A DNA stretch of 64,000 nucleotides from a virus (Duplodnaviria > Heunggongvirae > Uroviricota > Caudoviricetes): the IMG/VR virus record IMGVR_UViG_3300032312_000788, positions 10,986-74,985 of that record; one strand, given 5' to 3'. A program made the translations under genes and the position numbers. Positions 18,645 to 28,031 of this stretch are shown piece after piece (position 1 is the first letter of the stretch; each line of letters begins with the position of its first letter). Below the pieces are notes generated by a model. It saw nothing but the letters and a program-made list of their open reading frames with translations, was not told where the DNA came from and did not search any database.

Positions 18645-19580
18645 ATGAGTAAAAAATTTACATCAAGCATGTTTGATTCTCTTAAGGATCAGTTAAAGAA
18701 AACAGACGGTGGTGGTTCATTCGCCAATATCATGAAGTTCCCAGAAGGACACACCTATACAATTCGACTAATTCCAAATGTCGATAATATCGATGACACA
18801 TTCTTTCATCACTATATCAATAGCTGGAAGAGTCGTTCAACGGGGAAATATACTTCAGCAATTTCTCTCCAAACATTCGGAGATGAAGATCCAGTCACTA
18901 ATCAATACTGGAAAGAGTATCAAGAGTGGAAAAAGGCTAACCCAGTTCCACCAGTTGATAAAGATGGTAAGAAGATTCCATTTGATAATCCAATTTCAAA
19001 TAAGGAACAATGGTTGGTTAATGCCTTATGGGTAGATAATCCAGCTAATCCAGAATTGAATGGAACCGTTCAAATTCTTCGTATGGGATATCAGATTAAA
19101 TCTCTAGTAGATGATGCAATGACAGGTGATCGTGCTGAGGAGTTTGGTCCAGCAATCTTTGATCTATCAAAGGATGGAGCGGATCTAAAAATCAAGGCTG
19201 AGAAACAGGGTGAGTTTACAACCTTTAAGAGTTCATTCTTCACAACCAAGTCAAAACTCGATCTTGATGATGATGAAATTGAAAAGGTTTATGAGCAAGT
19301 TCATGATCTAAAGTCAATCTATACTGTGAAGACTAAGGAAGAACTTGAAAAACTTCTTGAGGATCATTTCTTCTGTGAATCCACAGAAAAGAAATCCGAA
19401 GTCAAGAAACAATTATCTGAACGTAAATCTGCGCCAGTAGATGAAGATCTAGATGATGAAATTCCTATGGATTTTACTCCAAAGGAAGAACCGAAAAAAG
19501 GTAAGGGTAAGAAAGCTGAACCAGCACCAGCGGAAGACGATGTAGATGAGCTACTTGCTGGACTTGATCTAGAAGATTAA
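18645..19580 (+). CDS. gp32: Single-stranded DNA-binding protein
   Basis: IRLIP, FFHHY, TFGxxDP, WLVN, NPANPELNGTVQILR, FDLS.DGADLKIK, acidic tail ending DDVDELLAGLDLED. Confidence 0.92.
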   Translation: MSKKFTSSMFDSLKDQLKKTDGGGSFANIMKFPEGHTYTIRLIPNVDNIDDTFFHHYINSWKSRSTGKYTSAISLQTFGDEDPVTNQYWKEYQEWKKANPVPPVDKDGKKIPFDNPISNKEQWLVNALWVDNPANPELNGTVQILRMGYQIKSLVDDAMTGDRAEEFGPAIFDLSKDGADLKIKAEKQGEFTTFKSSFFTTKSKLDLDDDEIEKVYEQVHDLKSIYTVKTKEELEKLLEDHFFCESTEKKSEVKKQLSERKSAPVDEDLDDEIPMDFTPKEEPKKGKGKKAEPAPAEDDVDELLAGLDLED

Positions 19581-19581
19581 T

Positions 19582-20112
19582 ATGAATGACCCATATGAAG
19601 CACTAAACCCAGAAGATATTGGTCTTCTGGTGGGGTTGGCGGGTCCAGTCTATGCAGAATCAAAAATGATTGATGCTATGACAGGAATCAAACCAACTAC
19701 AGGTGGTGGATATGCGATTGAAGGTGCTGAAACGATTAAAAGGGGGTTGGAGAACATTGTCCAAACGGCAGTGAGGACTCCAACACCTCCTTCTTTTCAA
19801 CCCCCTCCTCAATATATTCAACCTCCTCAAGTAACTAATATTTCTTTACCTTATTATCCAGAGGCATCTCCAGCATATCCTATTCCCGGACCTAGTGGAT
19901 CAATGTTTCCTAAACAAGAAGATCCACAACTAAAATTTGATTTTAGTTTAACGGAGCAGAAGAAGACTAATGAATTGTTGGAAAAGAATAATAAGTTGTT
20001 GCAAAAGTTAATCTCTTTGCTAGAATCAAAGAACAAAAATGAACAACCAGTCAAACTTGAACCTAAAATCAAAGGAATTCAAAATATTCCTACGAAGTCT
20101 TGGAAAGATTAG
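19582..20112 (+). CDS. Hypothetical proline-rich protein
   Basis: 176 aa with P/Q-rich centre and a short coiled coil. Confidence 0.6.
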   Translation: MNDPYEALNPEDIGLLVGLAGPVYAESKMIDAMTGIKPTTGGGYAIEGAETIKRGLENIVQTAVRTPTPPSFQPPPQYIQPPQVTNISLPYYPEASPAYPIPGPSGSMFPKQEDPQLKFDFSLTEQKKTNELLEKNNKLLQKLISLLESKNKNEQPVKLEPKIKGIQNIPTKSWKD

Positions 20113-20761
20113 TGATACATCAATTCTAGAAGTTAAGTCTGACGAAATATACTCCATCGCCGCTTCTGACGATAGGAGTATGTTTCTTTGGTCTTCTATG
20201 GAGGGAGACTTTGATGTTGAAACGACTCTGAATCTACCATCCTTATCAAAGTTATCTAAACTTTTAGATATGGTTGGATCTACTGACATTCAATTCAAAT
20301 TGAATAGAAATAATCTAGAATATAAATCAAAACTAGTAAAATTTAATTATCATTTGTATGATGAGGGTATCCTAGCCAAAGCGAAAATAACCTTAGCTAA
20401 GATTAAATCACTTACATTTGATTACGAATTCGAAATAGCTAAACAATTTCTTAAAACACTACTAACTAATAGTAGCATATTCAAGGATACCAATAAACTT
20501 TACATTTATACAGAGGATGATTATCTCATTTGGTCCCTAGCTGATAGAACCATGAAGAATACAGATACACTAACAGTTGTCGGTGAAGAAGTTGATTTTG
20601 AGATGGATGAATTTATTCTCAATTTAGATAATGTCAGGCTTATCGATTTTGGAGATGCTGACGTAGCTAAATTCGAAGTATCCAAGAACGGTATTGGGAA
20701 GATTAGCGTAGAATCTGGATCTATCATACAAAACTATATCGTGTCGTCCTTAACTAAGTAA
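20039..20761 (+). CDS. gp45: DNA polymerase sliding clamp
   Basis: About 240 aa two-repeat alpha/beta pattern (LNLPSLSKL..LL; YHLYD..I); located between gp32 and primase. Confidence 0.75.
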   Translation: MNNQSNLNLKSKEFKIFLRSLGKISDTSILEVKSDEIYSIAASDDRSMFLWSSMEGDFDVETTLNLPSLSKLSKLLDMVGSTDIQFKLNRNNLEYKSKLVKFNYHLYDEGILAKAKITLAKIKSLTFDYEFEIAKQFLKTLLTNSSIFKDTNKLYIYTEDDYLIWSLADRTMKNTDTLTVVGEEVDFEMDEFILNLDNVRLIDFGDADVAKFEVSKNGIGKISVESGSIIQNYIVSSLTK

Positions 20762-20765
20762 CATA

Positions 20766-21101
20766 ATGACAAATAAAAATAAAATTACTACAGGAAGTTA
20801 TTTCATCAAGAGATTGAGAGATTCTGGATTTGTTACAATCAGACTATTTAAAGACTATGGTATTCTAGATCCGAGAAGATGGTCTGTTATGGTTGATCCG
20901 GGTGGAGATTCTCTAATTATTACTTGTTACGAAAACAAAGATGATAAGGGAGATGTCGCATTTGAATTCAATGATGGTGGAAATAGATTTATCAAGAACT
21001 TTAATTTAAAAACCAAATCCATGGAAGTAATTATAACCAACTTGATTGAGCGTGGAATAGCTCAGAAACAAGTTGGTTGTTCTTTTGAGAAAAAGAGTTA
21101 A
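20766..21101 (+). CDS. Hypothetical protein
   Basis: 111 aa ORF 4 nt after the gp45 stop. Confidence 0.65.
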   Translation: MTNKNKITTGSYFIKRLRDSGFVTIRLFKDYGILDPRRWSVMVDPGGDSLIITCYENKDDKGDVAFEFNDGGNRFIKNFNLKTKSMEVIITNLIERGIAQKQVGCSFEKKS

Positions 21102-21109
21102 ATAATTGA

Positions 21110-21403
21110 ATGAAGGATGAAGAAGTTCCCGAAGAGTTCACAGATGAAGAAATAACTAATATTCTTCGAGAAGCACTTACCACTAGATTGAAGGAAAAAA
21201 GAAAAGTCCCCAGCAAAGTCCAGATAAACAAAGCTATGATATCCACTCTAGGAGAGTTTTTAACATGTTTTAAATTGATGGGTTATGATCTAGATGGAAA
21301 TCCAATCAACATGACCATCTATAAGGAAAAAATGGAAAAAGCTGCACTTGACGATTTATTCATGCAAAGCGTTAGTAAGTTTATGAACGAACGAATGGAA
21401 TGA
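21110..21403 (+). CDS. Hypothetical protein
   Basis: TAAATA(21099-21104)-N5-ATG. Confidence 0.7.
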   Translation: MKDEEVPEEFTDEEITNILREALTTRLKEKRKVPSKVQINKAMISTLGEFLTCFKLMGYDLDGNPINMTIYKEKMEKAALDDLFMQSVSKFMNERME

Positions 21404-21687
21404 TTCAATTTTTTAAAAAAGATTTAGAGTTTGGTAAAACTTATGGCGTCTTAGATGGTCAATACAAAGGCCATACTATAATTTTCATTAAAAAACATGG
21501 AGACACATATGGTTTCTGTGATATTTTTGATGGAAAAATGGACATTCGATGGATTTCTAAAAAGGATTTTGACTTTGGAGTTAAGAATGGTATACTCGAT
21601 TTAGTAGACCCACAACCATCAAAAACAGAAAAAGATGAGATTAAAAAAATTACCAACGCTCGATTCAAAAAAGAAAGAAAGCTTTGA
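21400..21687 (+). CDS. Hypothetical protein
   Basis: 95 aa, ATGA-coupled to the upstream gene. Confidence 0.55.
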   Translation: MIQFFKKDLEFGKTYGVLDGQYKGHTIIFIKKHGDTYGFCDIFDGKMDIRWISKKDFDFGVKNGILDLVDPQPSKTEKDEIKKITNARFKKERKL

Positions 21688-22717
21688 TTTTAATCTACCA
21701 GTTGACTATGTTGTATCTAAATTTTATGAACTGGGTTACAAAGTAGTCCATAATAAGGCGTCTGGAAAATACAACTCGTGTTGCCCTATATGTAGAGAGG
21801 GAACATCTTGGGGGAGGAAGAAACGTTGTTGGTATGACCCCGAAGGGGGTAATATATCATGTTTCAATTGTGGAAGTAATCTATCTACTTACAATTGGAT
21901 CAGAGAAGTATCTGGTATAACACATAAAGAACTATGTGATGAATTAGATAAAGGAGATTTTGGATACACCGACACATTCTTTGAAGACGATATTCCTAAA
22001 TTAAAAGTCGAGACTCTCCCAGTTGATTCTATAAATCTTTTTGATCCGAATCAAGTTAATTTCTACAAAACTAATAGCAGAGTGCAGTTTACTCTAGACT
22101 ATATCAAAGAGAGGCGACTAGACACCGCTGTAAACCGTCCTGATGCCCTCTACATCAGCTTGAAGGACAAGTTCCAGCCTGAGCGTCTAGTGATACCATT
22201 CAAGGACGAGAGAGGGGATATCGTCTTCTACCAGACACGCAAACTATTTGATTGGGATGATAACCCATCCTACCTTTCTAAGCTTAATGCAGATAAAACA
22301 TTATACGGTATAGATAAGGTTGATCCTAATCTGGATACAGTTTTTCTATTTGAGGGTCCAATTGATTCTTTCTTCGTTAAGAATGGTCTTGGTGTAGCTG
22401 GGATCAATAAGGGTAAGGGATTCACTCTAACAAAGACTCAGAAGGATCAGATGGAATCTCTGAAATTGTTTGATAAGATATGGGTTTTGGACTCGCAGTG
22501 GATAGATGAGACATCCAGAGAGAAAACATTATCATTATTACAGGCTGGGGAATGTGTATTCATTTGGCCTGAGATTTGGGGAAAGAAATACAAAGACTTA
22601 AATGAGGTTTGTGTCGCGTGTGGGTTGGATCAAGTGTCTCCAGCTTGGATAAAAAAGAATTCAGAGTGTGGAAAGTCGGCTATTATGAAAATAAAAATTC
22701 TTCTCTCGAAGGGTTGA
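21635..22717 (+). CDS. gp61: DNA primase
   Basis: Zinc-binding CPICREG...CFNCG, RLVIPF, YQTR, TOPRIM FEGPIDS, WVLDSQ, KDLNE. Confidence 0.93.
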   Translation: MRLKKLPTLDSKKKESFDFNLPVDYVVSKFYELGYKVVHNKASGKYNSCCPICREGTSWGRKKRCWYDPEGGNISCFNCGSNLSTYNWIREVSGITHKELCDELDKGDFGYTDTFFEDDIPKLKVETLPVDSINLFDPNQVNFYKTNSRVQFTLDYIKERRLDTAVNRPDALYISLKDKFQPERLVIPFKDERGDIVFYQTRKLFDWDDNPSYLSKLNADKTLYGIDKVDPNLDTVFLFEGPIDSFFVKNGLGVAGINKGKGFTLTKTQKDQMESLKLFDKIWVLDSQWIDETSREKTLSLLQAGECVFIWPEIWGKKYKDLNEVCVACGLDQVSPAWIKKNSECGKSAIMKIKILLSKG

Positions 22718-22750
22718 CTTTACCGAGAGGTGTGTTACTATAATTTCGAT

Positions 22751-23371
22751 ATGAAAACAGATAGAAATACACCGATGTTCACCCTAGAACACCTTAAACA
22801 AAGATTTGTGTTAGATACAACAGTGAAGGGTGGTCTTCGTTTACAGACTAAGCCTTACAATTCAGGTAGATATACTCTACCAAGAAAGGTTCTCTTCGAT
22901 AGTGGCATGTGTAATAATACATGCGGTAAAGTTGTCATCGACAATAAAACATATGATATCAGAGCATTGATCAAATGTTTGCGAGACGGACATCCATATT
23001 ACTCAACAAAGTTATCCACCATAACTCCTGATTTGAAAGATATTACCGATAATGGTAAATTGGTATTTGATCCAAATCAGATTGAATGTGTAATGAACGT
23101 TGGTAGAGTTGCTTGGGGAGATATAAAGCAAACAGAGGCTCAATTACCACTAGACTTCTCTGATAAAGACCACAACTTAGTTGATACTAGATATACTTCT
23201 AATGATCTGGGTTTATCCAGACAAGAAGTAGCAGATATTGCTTCCAATCCATACAAATATCTAGTTAAGATAACTGGAAGTGACGGATTTGTTTACGAGG
23301 CTACGCTATCGGCAACAGATCAAAGAAAAATGATGTATAAACTCACCAATGGCTTGAGTGCAGTCTTATAA
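22751..23371 (+). CDS. Hypothetical protein; start revised from 22730
   Basis: ATG 6 nt after TATAAT (22739-22744), with TTGACT at 22714. Confidence 0.6.
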   Translation: MKTDRNTPMFTLEHLKQRFVLDTTVKGGLRLQTKPYNSGRYTLPRKVLFDSGMCNNTCGKVVIDNKTYDIRALIKCLRDGHPYYSTKLSTITPDLKDITDNGKLVFDPNQIECVMNVGRVAWGDIKQTEAQLPLDFSDKDHNLVDTRYTSNDLGLSRQEVADIASNPYKYLVKITGSDGFVYEATLSATDQRKMMYKLTNGLSAVL

Positions 23372-23405
23372 GAATTAATTTAATCGGGTTTGATATTTTG
23401 AGATA

Positions 23406-23912
23406 TCAACAGAAATAATTCATACCCATTTGCATTAAACTTAATCCGAATGCTAGAGGGATAGCTACGTATTTGTAACGTGAATTGGCGGTCTGACTCA
23501 TAAACCCTAAGAAGTTTTGATGTAAGGAAGCTAAGTCAGCAGCAACACGAGAAATCTTGGTTTGTTGAGACTGCTTCATCTTATCCATGACTGTATCGGG
23601 TTCAGCAGCAGCTAGACGAGATTGAATTGAATTTGGGTCTTCGCTATTGATTCTTTTCAAGAAGGATTCGATATCATCGATCCAACTTTGTAGTTCATCA
23701 ATCATTTGTTGATTCTTCTGAGACATGGCATCAGCAGCTTGTTTAGAAACTTGGTCAACTACCTGATTGGTATCAGGTGTCATATCAACCTCAAAGTCCT
23801 CTGGATTAGTTCCATCATCTAGAACTCCTTCCATAGCTTTGCGTTCAAGTTCCCTTGCATCTTCTCTAAGAACTTGGAAGAAACGTTTTGCGAATAGATT
23901 ACTATTACTCAT
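23406..23912 (-). CDS. Hypothetical late protein, probable head-internal protein
   Basis: TAAATA-N5-ATG; N-terminus MSNSNLFAKRFFQVLRE|D; coiled coil. Confidence 0.7.
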   Translation of the reverse strand: MSNSNLFAKRFFQVLREDARELERKAMEGVLDDGTNPEDFEVDMTPDTNQVVDQVSKQAADAMSQKNQQMIDELQSWIDDIESFLKRINSEDPNSIQSRLAAAEPDTVMDKMKQSQQTKISRVAADLASLHQNFLGFMSQTANSRYKYVAIPLAFGLSLMQMGMNYFC

Positions 23913-23920
23913 ATTGTTAT

Positions 23921-24400
23921 TTAGTTGTTTGATGCGATCATACGTTTGATATCGTCTGATGTTATTATTTCCCCTTTATACATATATGATTTTGCTGGAT
24001 GTTGTTGTGTATATGCATAAAGGTCTAATGGTCGTATTCCGTTCGGTATAGTTATTCTTGTCGCAGGAGATTTTTTCGATCCCCATTTATCTTTGATATA
24101 ATCAATCTTTCTTTTTTCTCGCCTTGTATGTTCTTCTTCGACTGAAGATTTGTATTTATCATTCAGTTCTTTTATATGTTCCCTAATACGTGTAAGTTTT
24201 GGATTCGACGGATCCAATTTTATATAATCCATAATCAGGGGACGATGGTTAGCTACAGTATCATCATTTAAATAATATACTCCGAGGCTATCCCATATAT
24301 CATCAAATTGAGGATCTTCTAAATCTATATAATCATCTTCGTTATACATCTCTGTCAATATCATCGCAATAGCATCCTGATTTTTCTTTTTAAGACTCAT
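23921..24400 (-). CDS. Hypothetical late protein, probable head-internal protein
   Basis: TAAATA-N5-ATG; N-terminus MSLKKKNQDAIAMILTE|M. Confidence 0.7.
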   Translation of the reverse strand: MSLKKKNQDAIAMILTEMYNEDDYIDLEDPQFDDIWDSLGVYYLNDDTVANHRPLIMDYIKLDPSNPKLTRIREHIKELNDKYKSSVEEEHTRREKRKIDYIKDKWGSKKSPATRITIPNGIRPLDLYAYTQQHPAKSYMYKGEIITSDDIKRMIASNN

Positions 24401-24433
24401 ACCTATATTTAGTCAAATGTATTAAATAATTCT

Positions 24434-24829
24434 ATGGCAGCTAAAGGAGAGAGTCCCTATTCGACAAAATTTGCATCCCCAGACATTGATCATGATCTAG
24501 ATACATCGTCTTGGATGAAAAAATACAAGAAAGAGGAAAGAGAAACACACAATGGACCTAATGCATTACCCTATGAGATGCAAAATCTCCCAACATATTA
24601 TGGAGAAATGGTCGATAATGGGATGCAAGCTGCAAAAACCATTGAAGATATCCTAAAAACCAAGGATGTTAAGAACAAAAAAGAGCTTCTGAAGCTTAAA
24701 AAGAACACAGAGAAGATGGTTTTGTATCTTATGCAGAATGTTGATTACATTTTAGAGAAATACACCATTGGTGCGAAGCATGTGATGGATGATATTGAGG
24801 ACGAAAGAATGGAAGAAGAGCTTTATTAA
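24434..24829 (+). CDS. Hypothetical late protein
   Basis: TAAATA(24423-24428)-N5-ATG. Confidence 0.7.
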   Translation: MAAKGESPYSTKFASPDIDHDLDTSSWMKKYKKEERETHNGPNALPYEMQNLPTYYGEMVDNGMQAAKTIEDILKTKDVKNKKELLKLKKNTEKMVLYLMQNVDYILEKYTIGAKHVMDDIEDERMEEELY

Positions 24830-24831
24830 GC

Positions 24832-24859
24832 TTGACTTCATCAAAAACTCTGCTAGAAT
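24832..24859 (+). promoter_or_regulatory. Sigma70-type early promoter
   Basis: TTGACT-N16-TAGAAT with TG; ATG 7 nt downstream. Confidence 0.75.
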
Positions 24860-24866
24860 TCAGTTT

Positions 24867-25316
24867 ATGACAGCAATTTGGAAGAAAAGATCAATAATTC
24901 TCGGTGTTTGGGTATTTTTAATCATTTTATTGACAATATCGGGCTATTTTCTAATAGCCCCATGGTTTTTAGTTGCCTTTCCTATTCTAATGAGTATCCC
25001 TGCTGGAATATTCACGTTTTTGATCCTAAAAGAGCCTGATACAGAGGAAGATGAAGAAACACAGAAGCTTTTAACGAGTATTTTTGATCTGGAGTCTGTA
25101 AATGAGGAGCAAAGTAAGGTAATTAAAGATTATGAGGAGATTTTTGATGCTCAATTGGTGGAATTGCCTTGTGTATGTGGTGGAAACACCTTTAAGGGGT
25201 TATTTTCTCCTAATACTGATAATGAAGTCCAGTGTGAGAAGTGTAAGAACAATTATCGAGTGACAATCAACTACGATACTGTGCTTTTGTCTGAGCCCAT
25301 GGATCAAAGTATCTGA
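24867..25316 (+). CDS. Membrane protein (2 TM) with C-terminal zinc ribbon; start revised from 24789
   Basis: Two hydrophobic stretches, then CVC...CEKC; promoter TTGACT-N16-TAGAAT-N7-ATG. Confidence 0.75.
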   Translation: MTAIWKKRSIILGVWVFLIILLTISGYFLIAPWFLVAFPILMSIPAGIFTFLILKEPDTEEDEETQKLLTSIFDLESVNEEQSKVIKDYEEIFDAQLVELPCVCGGNTFKGLFSPNTDNEVQCEKCKNNYRVTINYDTVLLSEPMDQSI

Positions 25317-25343
25317 TTAAACACTAGAATATAGTTATATCGT

Positions 25344-25631
25344 ATGAAAAAATATACAAAAGTTTCCAAAATGGAAATTATCAAGGAATATAATAGATTA
25401 GATCTCACTATATGCGATATTTGCAGCGATTCCACAGAGGATGGTTGGAAAGAGAACTGTTACGATGCACATGAATCAGAAATTTGGATGAAAACTGGAT
25501 CAAATTATCCAGAAGGAGGATCTGGAGAAACTATAACATTCGATATTTGTCCAAAATGTTTCACCGATAAACTAATTTCTTGGGTTAAGTCATTTGATGG
25601 TGAACCGACAGTCAAAGAGTGGGATTGGTGA
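25344..25631 (+). CDS. Small zinc-finger protein
   Basis: CDIC ... ICPKCF. Confidence 0.65.
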   Translation: MKKYTKVSKMEIIKEYNRLDLTICDICSDSTEDGWKENCYDAHESEIWMKTGSNYPEGGSGETITFDICPKCFTDKLISWVKSFDGEPTVKEWDW

Positions 25632-25660
25632 TAAAACACTAAGATAAACTAATACAAATT

Positions 25661-25897
25661 ATGACAGTGAGCATAGAACGTGGTGATGGGTCTATTGAGG
25701 AAATGAGTTCTACAGAATTTACGAGATGGGCATGTTTAATAGAAGCTTTTGAATTTATTAAAGAAAAAGCTGAACAGTTGGGTGTTGATAATATGGAATT
25801 ATTGATAAAACCAGCAGCAATTGAGAAATATATGGAGGAACGAGCAGTTTCAATGCTCCATGATGTGGAGTGTGAGATCAAGCTGGGTCTAATTTAA
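25661..25897 (+). CDS. Hypothetical protein
   Basis: 78 aa; stop overlaps the convergent GT2 stop. Confidence 0.6.
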   Translation: MTVSIERGDGSIEEMSSTEFTRWACLIEAFEFIKEKAEQLGVDNMELLIKPAAIEKYMEERAVSMLHDVECEIKLGLI

Positions 25898-26682
25898 TTT
25901 CCAATGATACTTTTAAAGTGTTCTTTTAGTTCCTTAGTATCTAATCCAAGCTCGGTAAACCCAATTAAGTAGTTTTGGTATCTTTCTTTGAGATCGTTAG
26001 GGTAAGTCACACCATTTGGTCGATCAAAACGATGCGTCCAACGTAAAAATGGTAAACATAAGGTTTTTTTACCTTTTTGTCTGAATTTTTCGTGAATATA
26101 TCCTTCTTCTCCACCAAATCCTCGAAATTCTTTGTTGAATCCAACCCAAGAATCCTTTCTACAGGTGAATAATCCACAACCTTGGGACGGTATTTCAAAA
26201 GGTTCGCCATTTTTATCCTTTCCACGATTATCTGTTTGCCATTGGCCCCACATATAGTTGGACCAAACATTATCGAAGTGAGTGGATATGGATATTAGAT
26301 CGTCATACACTAAAGGACCCTGTAAAAGATTACCGAAATCTTTACCAAAGTCATAAAAATCTATAAGTTTCTTTATAGATCCGGGTTCTAGAAGAACATG
26401 ACTATCGATACACATTACATAGGGTGTATCAGCTAGTTCGAATACTTTATTTTTGATGGTTGTAGATTTATATTTGGTGAATGGAAGATACTGAACAGGT
26501 TCTTTAACCCATTCAATAAATTTTCTTACGCAAGCACCATGAGGTCCCGAAGGATTGTTGTCGATAATAACAAATTCAATATCATCCATAACTTCAGGAT
26601 GACATAATCTAATATTTTGTATTGTGAAATACACCCCATCGTAATCATCGTGGGTGGCCATACCAATGGTTAATTTTCTCAT
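25894..26682 (-). CDS. GT-A fold glycosyltransferase family 2
   Basis: LTIGMAT, VIIDNN, VMCIDSH (DxH/DxD), GFGGEEG, WxHRF; last gene of the tail-fibre operon. Confidence 0.88.
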   Translation of the reverse strand: MRKLTIGMATHDDYDGVYFTIQNIRLCHPEVMDDIEFVIIDNNPSGPHGACVRKFIEWVKEPVQYLPFTKYKSTTIKNKVFELADTPYVMCIDSHVLLEPGSIKKLIDFYDFGKDFGNLLQGPLVYDDLISISTHFDNVWSNYMWGQWQTDNRGKDKNGEPFEIPSQGCGLFTCRKDSWVGFNKEFRGFGGEEGYIHEKFRQKGKKTLCLPFLRWTHRFDRPNGVTYPNDLKERYQNYLIGFTELGLDTKELKEHFKSIIGN

Positions 26683-26694
26683 TGAGAATAATTA

Positions 26695-27213
26695 TCAAAA
26701 TCCTAATTTATTGCAACCATCAACACAATTTTTTCGAACCACATCTAAAGTTGTTGAGGAAGATGTAAATGTTGTCGAAGGTGTTGTCGATGTTGTAGTG
26801 GTCGGTCTTACAGTTGTTAAGATAATATTTGTAAGAGGATTGATAGGTTTTGGTGTTGTTATAGTGATAACAATAGGGTTAACCGTCCTAGTAGTTAACT
26901 CAGGTATGGGTGGCGGATCTGGTATTCCATCGGGGGGTGGTAAACAAGGCACACAAGGACCTTCTGTGGTCGTCGTAGTAGTTGTGGACGTAGTTGTGCT
27001 ACTCGTAGTTGATGATGGGCTAGGAGTGGTTGTGCTAGTTGTATAAGGAGGATCAGGTGGTAGCGTAGTGCTACCATTAGGATCGGGTGTTGTGCTACCA
27101 CCCGGATCAGGGGTTGTTGTGGGGGTTGTCGTAGACGTAGTTGTACTAGTCGATGATGGACTAGGAGTAGTCGTTGAAGTCTCCGTAGTAGTTGTTGAAG
27201 TTTCTTCAGGCAT
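26695..27213 (-). CDS. Mucin-like Thr/Ser/Pro-rich protein with Cys pairs
   Basis: About 60 Thr of 172 aa; repeats TSTTTPSPSST x2 and PDP(G/N)GSTT x2; CVPC and C..GC; in register with operon neighbours (4 and 12 nt gaps). Confidence 0.75.
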   Translation of the reverse strand: MPEETSTTTTETSTTTPSPSSTSTTTSTTTPTTTPDPGGSTTPDPNGSTTLPPDPPYTTSTTTPSPSSTTSSTTTSTTTTTTTEGPCVPCLPPPDGIPDPPPIPELTTRTVNPIVITITTPKPINPLTNIILTTVRPTTTTSTTPSTTFTSSSTTLDVVRKNCVDGCNKLGF

Positions 27214-27217
27214 TTGA

Positions 27218-28030
27218 TCAGATAGGTATAGCTGTTATTCCAGATATAGTGGTATAATCAGTCTTATTTGATTTGATGATTGGTGTGTAGTCTAATATTT
27301 CATGAGACGCTTCCTCTAAACTACCTTGAGTGTGAAAATTCTTCAATTTTAAAGTAGATGGAGTCTGTGATCCAGAAAGTGGTGAACAAAAAGAGAAACT
27401 TGGATAAAGAGCATCATGATCGTAAGGATCGAAGAACGATAAATTTATACTTTTTAGAGTTTTATAATCAGATGATAACGATTTATAATCGACTGATAAC
27501 TTTCTACCACCATTAGCCCATCTTATACGAATTGTTTGGGGTAGTTGTGTGGTTAATTGAAAATTAGAATCTAAAGACGATAAAGATTCATTCACCAAAA
27601 CTCTAGAACTAGAATCTCTGATGATCAAACTATTAGGTTTAATACTTTGTATACCAACACCGGGATTGGTTTCATTTGAAAGCGCAAAATATCCAGTTGA
27701 ATCAAGAGCTATCCCAATGACACCACTCATATCATATCCTGTTAGAGCTTCATTCTCAGCAAAAAGCTCATCACCTAATTCAGATAATAGTATATTACTA
27801 TTTTCGTCTCTTAGATAATTATAAGAACCTTGAAAACCAAGGTAATGTCCGGGAATACCAGCAGATAAATTGGGATTATTCGTTAAGAATGTGCAGATTG
27901 CATGATTAGATCCAGATAAAGTAAAGGTAAAACTCCAAGTTATGTCCCAATGTGGATTATAGGGATTTTTTCTATCTATAAACCCAAAATATTTCGCATT
28001 TATAGGAATATTTACATCGGCTGGATACAT
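27218..28030 (-). CDS. Tail-associated protein with L-type (legume/ConA-like) lectin pattern
   Basis: WSFTF...AICTFL, IGIALDSTG, RIRW...LSVDYK and LYPSFSF match the beta-sandwich lectin strand pattern (inference). Confidence 0.55.
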   Translation of the reverse strand: MYPADVNIPINAKYFGFIDRKNPYNPHWDITWSFTFTLSGSNHAICTFLTNNPNLSAGIPGHYLGFQGSYNYLRDENSNILLSELGDELFAENEALTGYDMSGVIGIALDSTGYFALSNETNPGVGIQSIKPNSLIIRDSSSRVLVNESLSSLDSNFQLTTQLPQTIRIRWANGGRKLSVDYKSLSSDYKTLKSINLSFFDPYDHDALYPSFSFCSPLSGSQTPSTLKLKNFHTQGSLEEASHEILDYTPIIKSNKTDYTTISGITAIPI

Positions 28031-28031
28031 A

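Noticed and set aside
23390-23409. TTGATAT/ATATCAA hairpin between convergent genes
   Set aside because: Short AT-rich stem without a clear U-tract; may be chance
26654-27046. Val-rich + strand ORF (130 aa)
   Set aside because: Antisense shadow of the Thr codons of 26695-27213; no promoter or coupling, and it breaks the - strand operon
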